Part shown: positions 59,839 to 64,000 of the stretch, one piece after another
Layout: each line of letters starts with the position of its first letter
Numbering within the stretch: the first letter of the stretch is position 1
Source: an uncultured delta proteobacterium
GTDB taxonomy: Bacteria > Desulfobacterota > Desulfuromonadia > Geobacterales > Geobacteraceae
DNA: 64,000 bases
Reading direction: 5' to 3'
Assembly: GCA_963717775.1 (NCBI GenBank)
Contig: CAVQWZ010000025.1
Span: forward strand, 131,026 to 195,025
Notes under the pieces: generated by a model
What the model saw: only the letters and a program-made list of their open reading frames with translations
Told to the model about the DNA's origin: nothing
The model's database searches: none
Made by a program: the position numbers and the translations under genes

Positions 59839-59907
59839 GATGATCGCGATTGTCACCAGTGCATAATCAGGGGATGGTTTCCAGGATGAAAAGTTGAGAT
59901 TGAATAC

Positions 59908-59935
59908 AAAAGGCGGCCGATTGGCCGCCTTTATT
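59908..59935 (+). terminator. rho-independent terminator
   Basis: AGGCGGCC-GATT-GGCCGCCT hairpin followed by TTATT, with an A-run upstream. Confidence 0.8.
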
Positions 59936-60168
59936 GGTTCTGTGCTAGGAAAATAGGGACATTTCCCTGTATTCTTGCGAATAAATTATGAAGGGGAAAG
60001 GTAGTTTCTTATGCTTCAAGACCTGATCCCGTATACATGAATGGTCCTATTTGATCAGCATACATGTGTCAGGAACTTCTTTAGAAAATTGAACTTTATC
60101 CGATAGATACAGAGTGGTGTAAATAATCCCCCTGATGATTTTATGATATTTATAAAGGACAAGAGCTT

Positions 60169-61140
60169 ATGGATGCGACGTACATCCCGGTTAGTATTGA
60201 AAGTATAGAGTCTGCCATTTTCCCTGATGTCGCGTTATATCTAAAAACTGGTCAGAAGTATGTTCTTTACAAGAGTCACGGTCGTGATTTTTCTAAAGAG
60301 GATGCCGACCGGCTCTCCAGCAACAAGGTTGAGTTTCTCTTTGTGAGTCCGGAAGATATGGATGTCATAACAGAGCACATGGAAAAAAGTGCAGAAAGGT
60401 TTCTCAAGAGTGACAAATTTGATGGTAAGGCCAAAGGGAAAATCATTTACCAAACCTCAATCAATTTTATGGGAGATATTTTCACTAATCCGCACAAGGC
60501 CGGGGACCTGGAACGAAGCCAGAGGCTGGTCGAAAATCTGCTTCTTTATGTTTCCAAGGATCCCACAGCCATTACTTCGCTTGAATCGGTCATGGCACAT
60601 AATTTCCCCACGTTTGTTCATAGTCTCCATGTAACGACACTTTCCCTGCTACTTCATTCCGAAGCTTTTCTCCTTTCCCATGATGAAGCGGTTGATGTCG
60701 GAATTGGTTGTATTCTTCACGATATTGGAATGCTTTTTGTCCCGCAGGAGGTCTTGTCTAAAACAGGGAAACTGACTCCAAGCGAAATAACTGCTATCAA
60801 AAAGCATCCTGAAGAAGGGTTTACTTACCTGCAAGCAAACAGTTCCTTGAGTTCCGTTTCGCTTGCTATTGTAAGGAACCATCATGAGCGTAATAATGGT
60901 GGCGGCTATCCGCGGGGACTCAAGAATGTATCGATTTCCCGTAGCGCACAGATATGCGCCATTTGTGATGTATACTGCAATCTGACAGTTGATCGAAATG
61001 GAAACAAAACCCTTCCCCCTAACATTGCTCTTCATGTGATGAAGCAGGAAATGAAAGGAGCTTTTAGCGAGCGGTTTTTGGGTTTTTTCGAAAATGTTGT
61101 GGGCGTGGACGATGATAACACTCTGGAGCTGCTTCTTTAA
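60169..61140 (+). CDS. HD-GYP domain protein (putative c-di-GMP phosphodiesterase)
   Basis: 323 aa. HSLHV...LHDIGM...KKHPEEG...RNHHERNNGGGYPRGL (HD...HHE...GYP motifs). N-terminal about 140 aa of unknown sensor function. Confidence 0.88.
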   Translation: MDATYIPVSIESIESAIFPDVALYLKTGQKYVLYKSHGRDFSKEDADRLSSNKVEFLFVSPEDMDVITEHMEKSAERFLKSDKFDGKAKGKIIYQTSINFMGDIFTNPHKAGDLERSQRLVENLLLYVSKDPTAITSLESVMAHNFPTFVHSLHVTTLSLLLHSEAFLLSHDEAVDVGIGCILHDIGMLFVPQEVLSKTGKLTPSEITAIKKHPEEGFTYLQANSSLSSVSLAIVRNHHERNNGGGYPRGLKNVSISRSAQICAICDVYCNLTVDRNGNKTLPPNIALHVMKQEMKGAFSERFLGFFENVVGVDDDNTLELLL

Positions 61141-61188
61141 GTCTCCCACAATTGGCTGAGCCAACTATGAAAAAGTCCGGTCAGGCGC

Positions 61189-61218
61189 GAGGCAATGGGG
61201 TCAGAGGCAATGGGGTCA
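61189..61218 (+). repeat. perfect tandem duplication (2 x 15 nt, GAGGCAATGGGGTCA)
   Basis: GAGGCAATGGGGTCA at 61189-61203 and again at 61204-61218. Preceded by GGTCAGG (61179-61185) and followed by GGCTTGCACT. Lies 38 nt upstream of the transposase-like gene. Confidence 0.9.
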
Positions 61219-61240
61219 GGCTTGCACTATTTGATAATTC
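61211..61240 (+). repeat. GGGGTCAGG-TTGCA repeat copy
   Basis: TGGGGTCAGGCTTGCACTATTTGATAATTC is related to 63010-63037, 49788-49814 and 48352-48381. Confidence 0.55.
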
Positions 61241-61255
61241 TGATAAACTTCCGCC

Positions 61256-62197
61256 ATGGCAAGAAAAGCAAGAATCCATTATCCCGGCGCCCTCTACCAT
61301 GTGATACTGAGAGGAAATGCCCGGCAGGACATCTTTATTGACGACGGGGACCGTTACCGGTTCTACCTCCTCATGCAGGAAGGGATAGTGCGTTACCGTC
61401 ATAGTATCCATGCGTTTTGTCTTATGACAAATCACCTGCATCTGCTGATTCAGGTGGCGGACATTCCCTTGTCACGTATCATGCAGAACCTGTCCTTCCG
61501 CTATACACGCTGGTCCAACGGGAGGCAGGGAAAGTCAGGGCACCTCTTCCAGGGGAGATACAAAGCTCTATTGGTCAACGCCGATGAGTATCTCCTTGAA
61601 CTGGTACGTTACCTCCACCTCAATCCCGTGCGAGCAGGCCTGGTAAAAGATCCGTTTGAGTTTCCCTGGAGCAGTCATCGCGCCTATTGCGGCAAGGAAA
61701 ATATTCCTTGGTTAAACACTGATCTTACCCTGTCGGCCTTCGGTAAACGTCGAGATCCGGCCCGGAGGAGATTCCTGCAATTCGTTTCAGAAGGACTGGA
61801 TGAAGGGCACCGCCCCGAATTTCACGGGGGTATCGGAGTTGACAGTAGGGTATTGGGTGACGATTCTTTTATCGAGAAGGTACTGGTTGAACGCGAAGAT
61901 ATCCCTGTTCGCAGGATCGGAATCGATGAAATTGCGTCGGCGGTATGCATGTTTTATGGGGCTCAAGATGAGGAACTTCGTGGGAGAACGCACCGCTCAT
62001 CACGGCTGCGAGCGATGACGGCATGGATTGCACTGGAAACAGAAGGGTGCACGCTAACAGCGCTTGCCGAAATAACGGGACGAGACATTTCGACGCTGAG
62101 TTGCGCGGTGAGAAAACTGCAGGCAATGGCAGGGAAAGATTCTAGTCTGGCAGAGGAATACCGAATGATCATGGAAGATACAAGAGTACAAGCCTGA
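61256..62197 (+). CDS. IS200/Y1-type (REP-associated-tyrosine-transposase-like) protein with C-terminal DnaA-domain-IV-like HTH
   Basis: 313 aa. ALYHVILRGN, HUH motif CLMTNHLHLLIQ, catalytic-Tyr context GHLFQGRYKALLV. C-terminal IDEIASAVCMFYG...LRAMTAWIALETEGCTLTALAEITGRDISTLSCAVRKL resembles the DnaA C-terminal DNA-binding domain. Confidence 0.8.
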   Translation: MARKARIHYPGALYHVILRGNARQDIFIDDGDRYRFYLLMQEGIVRYRHSIHAFCLMTNHLHLLIQVADIPLSRIMQNLSFRYTRWSNGRQGKSGHLFQGRYKALLVNADEYLLELVRYLHLNPVRAGLVKDPFEFPWSSHRAYCGKENIPWLNTDLTLSAFGKRRDPARRRFLQFVSEGLDEGHRPEFHGGIGVDSRVLGDDSFIEKVLVEREDIPVRRIGIDEIASAVCMFYGAQDEELRGRTHRSSRLRAMTAWIALETEGCTLTALAEITGRDISTLSCAVRKLQAMAGKDSSLAEEYRMIMEDTRVQA

Positions 62198-62413
62198 TCC
62201 TTAGGTTTCTGATAGCAACCAAAACACATGACCTGGCAACTACAGTGAATCTTTTGATGTCTGATTAAGTCGCTGCCTCACTGATTATTAAAGATTGGAC
62301 TCTTTAACAAGCATATCAGGAAGTCATCTGACGATGCCAGGAGGTGCCTTTTAGATGATTATCAGGTCTGAGCGGCCTGTTGCCCAAGCGGCAGGTGTCT
62401 TGGCGCTCAACAA

Positions 62414-62785
62414 TTAGGTTCCGGCTTCGTCGAGGAATCTTTTGAGAGACTTGTACACATATTTCGCGTCCTCGTTAGGGAGAGTTGCAGACTCCAAAAA
62501 TAAACTTAGAAGCACAGTTCCATATCCCCTGCCCATATCAAAATCGAAACAGTTTTTTGCCTCTTCACGTAGAATGTTGGCAAGCTCTGCTTTTACATTG
62601 TTTGAAACGTTTGTGAGAGGGCCGAAGTTCTCTTGAAACCTGCTAAATCCTGCGACCATGCATCTTGCACATGAATCAGCAATCTGTTCATCCAGGCTTT
62701 CGATACGAAGCATGACGTCATTATATTCTTGAATCAAAAGAGTTCCGCGCGCCTCATTCTGTTCCTTACTTAGTCGCTCGAACAT
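62414..62785 (-). CDS. hypothetical protein
   Basis: 123-aa ORF in a very AT-rich segment with RBS AAGGAGA upstream. Helical. No family recognised. Confidence 0.5.
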   Translation of the reverse strand: MFERLSKEQNEARGTLLIQEYNDVMLRIESLDEQIADSCARCMVAGFSRFQENFGPLTNVSNNVKAELANILREEAKNCFDFDMGRGYGTVLLSLFLESATLPNEDAKYVYKSLKRFLDEAGT

Positions 62786-63009
62786 GGATTGTTCTCCTTA
62801 ATTTGCTTTGTAATTACTTCCCTTGGCATGGTTAAGGCGTTAGTCCTCTCTGGAATTGGGGTCATTATTCGAAGGAGAGATATGCAAAATGCATCGACAT
62901 GTCTCTGCCTTTCAGTAAAAATAAGCATCAGTGTCACTATTAAATATTTTACACTATAAAATAATTATTCAAGATTATTTTTTTAAAAAATAGTTGGAAG
63001 TGTGGAAGC

Positions 63010-63037
63010 GGGGTCAGGGTTGCAAAACTTCAAAAAA
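63010..63037 (+). repeat. GGGGTCAGG-TTGCAAAACT repeat copy
   Basis: GCGGGGTCAGGGTTGCAAAACTTCAAAAAA. See 49788-49814 and 61211-61240. Confidence 0.55.
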
Positions 63038-63039
63038 GG

Positions 63040-63140
63040 GTAAAAATATTCAAATGCAAGGAATGGTCGGGGGACGGTGCCTCTAGGTGTGCTTTAATCC
63101 TGGCAAGCGTTATCCAGGAAACTATATTCCTGTTTGACAA
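63040..63140 (-). mobile_element. short, heavily decayed IS256-family transposase relic
   Basis: 63071-63125 aligns without gaps to 47604-47658 (41/55 identical by my count, mismatches mostly transitions). The minus-strand frame reads ...NRNIVSWITLARIKAHLEAPSP..., recalling the RN..(Y)VSW...LK.IY region of IS256 transposases. Confidence 0.45.
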
Positions 63141-63255
63141 GACAAGCCCACCTCAAGTACGCAGAGGTTCAATGGCTAAAGGCAATTGTTAGAAACAAAG
63201 TCCCCAAAATCCCACACAAGAGAATAACTTGACCCCAAAGCTTGACCCAAGGCTC

Positions 63256-63477
63256 TCAGCTCTTTTTTCTTCCCATAATCAGCATCACTGCGCCGGCAAT
63301 AATAGCAAGGCCTCCAATGATCGGAGGGAGCGGAATGGTTTTCTCCTTCTCAGCTGTCATTTGGATCGGACCGAGATCAATGACTTTCTCTCTGGTCGTG
63401 TAGGTGATGCCTTGATACGCAAGGGCCAGAGTTCCTAAAACAATGAGGATGATACCTATCACTATGTTCGTTTTCAT
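63256..63477 (-). CDS. small two-TM membrane protein
   Basis: 73 aa. MKTNIVIGIILIVLGTLALAY...IPLPPIIGGLAIIAGAVMLIMGRKK. RBS AAGGGG upstream. Resembles a widespread small hairpin membrane protein family (name not certain). Confidence 0.65.
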   Translation of the reverse strand: MKTNIVIGIILIVLGTLALAYQGITYTTREKVIDLGPIQMTAEKEKTIPLPPIIGGLAIIAGAVMLIMGRKKS

Positions 63478-63608
63478 TTTGCCCCTTTTTACTCCTACAT
63501 TTTAGATCTTCTGTTGAAATAACCTTCAGACTCTTCATGAAACTCGCAATAACATCTCCCGCCATTCCATGTAATATAGCGTATCCTTTAGAAAGAGTAA
63601 CCCATTGA

Positions 63609-63857
63609 TCATCCCTGTCAATTGTTCTGATATCTGTTTGTCTGGTACATAAAATTGGAACCATCTCGCCAGAAATGTTTATTTACCCGATTCAATACGC
63701 AATGATTGTTCCTATTTATCGCATAGGGGCAAAAATCTTTCCCTGGGGGCCGTCCGTGTCAGTAGACATTATTTTTAAAGAAATCATGAAAAACTGGTTT
63801 GGCTATATAGCCCTCATTTTTGCTGCAACCCTCAAAGCCATAGCGGTATGGCTTTGA
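63609..63857 (+). pseudogene. possible DUF2062-like gene fragment (C-terminal part)
   Basis: ...KIGTISPEMFIYPIQYAMIVPIYRIGAKIF recalls the ..G.WisNP.T..P.Y...Y.lG.. core of DUF2062. An in-frame TGA lies at 63606-63608 and there is no convincing N-terminus. The 3' end is formed by a perfect palindrome. Confidence 0.3.
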
Positions 63858-63868
63858 GGGTTGCAGCA
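63821..63868. repeat. perfect 22-bp-stem palindrome with GCGG loop
   Basis: TGCTGCAACCCTCAAAGCCATA (63821-63842), GCGG, TATGGCTTTGAGGGTTGCAGCA (63847-63868). No mismatches. Confidence 0.92.
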
Positions 63869-64000
63869 CCTCTGTCTTTATTGCTGTATTTCCTTTTATT
63901 TTCAATATTTGCTAGAATGCCCAGATTCATGGATGCCTCAGGCACTGATAGTATGTAATGATTCATCAGACTGCGATAAACTATTTTTGGACACCATCTG

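Noticed and set aside
59878-59898. Possible fourth copy of the hairpin element (GTTTCCAGGATGAAAAG) after the gene at 59506-59838.
   Set aside because: It has an extra base in the loop, and the 3' half does not complement the 5' half (GAAAAG versus GGAAAC). The similarity may be chance. It is mentioned only inside the main finding.
63377-63664. 95-aa minus-strand ORF overlapping both the small two-TM gene and the DUF2062-like fragment.
   Set aside because: It overlaps the better-supported 63256-63477 gene in another frame. It has no recognisable motifs and lies in AT-rich, apparently decayed DNA. Coding status cannot be supported from sequence alone.
1-64000. Search for CRISPR arrays, rRNA or tRNA genes, integrases, prophage blocks, retron or toxin-antitoxin pairs.
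   Set aside because: No regularly spaced direct repeats with unique spacers were seen. No tRNA-like T-arm/acceptor patterns, no integrase/recombinase ORF and no phage structural genes were found by eye. The only tandem repeat is the 2 x 15-nt unit at 61189-61218. A tRNAscan/CRISPR-finder run would confirm this.

Overview
The window looks like chromosome from a Desulfuromonadales/Geobacter-type deltaproteobacterium; this is inferred from gene content only.

Positions 1 to about 46,600 are densely packed core genome:
- a nif-associated block: nifX, nif-specific ferredoxin III, a second NifX-like gene, draT and a modBC-like transporter
- housekeeping genes: lepB-lepA, lptD, folC-accD, trpA, hisS, rmuC, lpxC, queH
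- a chemoreceptor, system II cytochrome c biogenesis (resB/ccsA) and a glycosyltransferase cluster
- a giant DUF748 protein and a CHASE4 hybrid histidine kinase
- a Tat-DUF362 plus membrane polyferredoxin pair, and comEC
- a REC-GGDEF regulator and an NtrY/NtrX-like pair
- a selenium cluster: yedF, a cysteine-desulfurase-like gene and a DUF3343-selD fusion

From about 46,600 to the end the sequence becomes a compositionally mosaic accessory region:
- an SMR/Gdx exporter behind a textbook guanidine-II (mini-ykkC) riboswitch
- two decayed IS256-family transposase relics
- small cargo genes: GNAT, DinB, cupin and a radical SAM enzyme
- a three-gene RND efflux operon and an HD-GYP protein
- an IS200/Y1-type transposase-like gene with a DnaA-C-like tail
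- several short repeat families

I saw no rRNA, tRNA or CRISPR array.

Main second-look items:
1. A roughly 20-32 nt hairpin element occurs at least three times, with a compensatory change at one stem pair. It links the cupin/radical-SAM unit, the RND operon and a small secreted-protein gene.
2. A GGGGTCA-type repeat family surrounds the transposase-like gene.
3. The nif intergenic leaders contain long-range helices and a recurring CTGTGAAAT word.
4. At least seven single-base frame breaks, mostly at short homopolymers, interrupt clearly homologous genes, including lptD. This points to indel errors in the assembly, or otherwise to unusual gene decay.

I cannot point to a clear novel system. 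The best candidates are hypotheses that need database searches.
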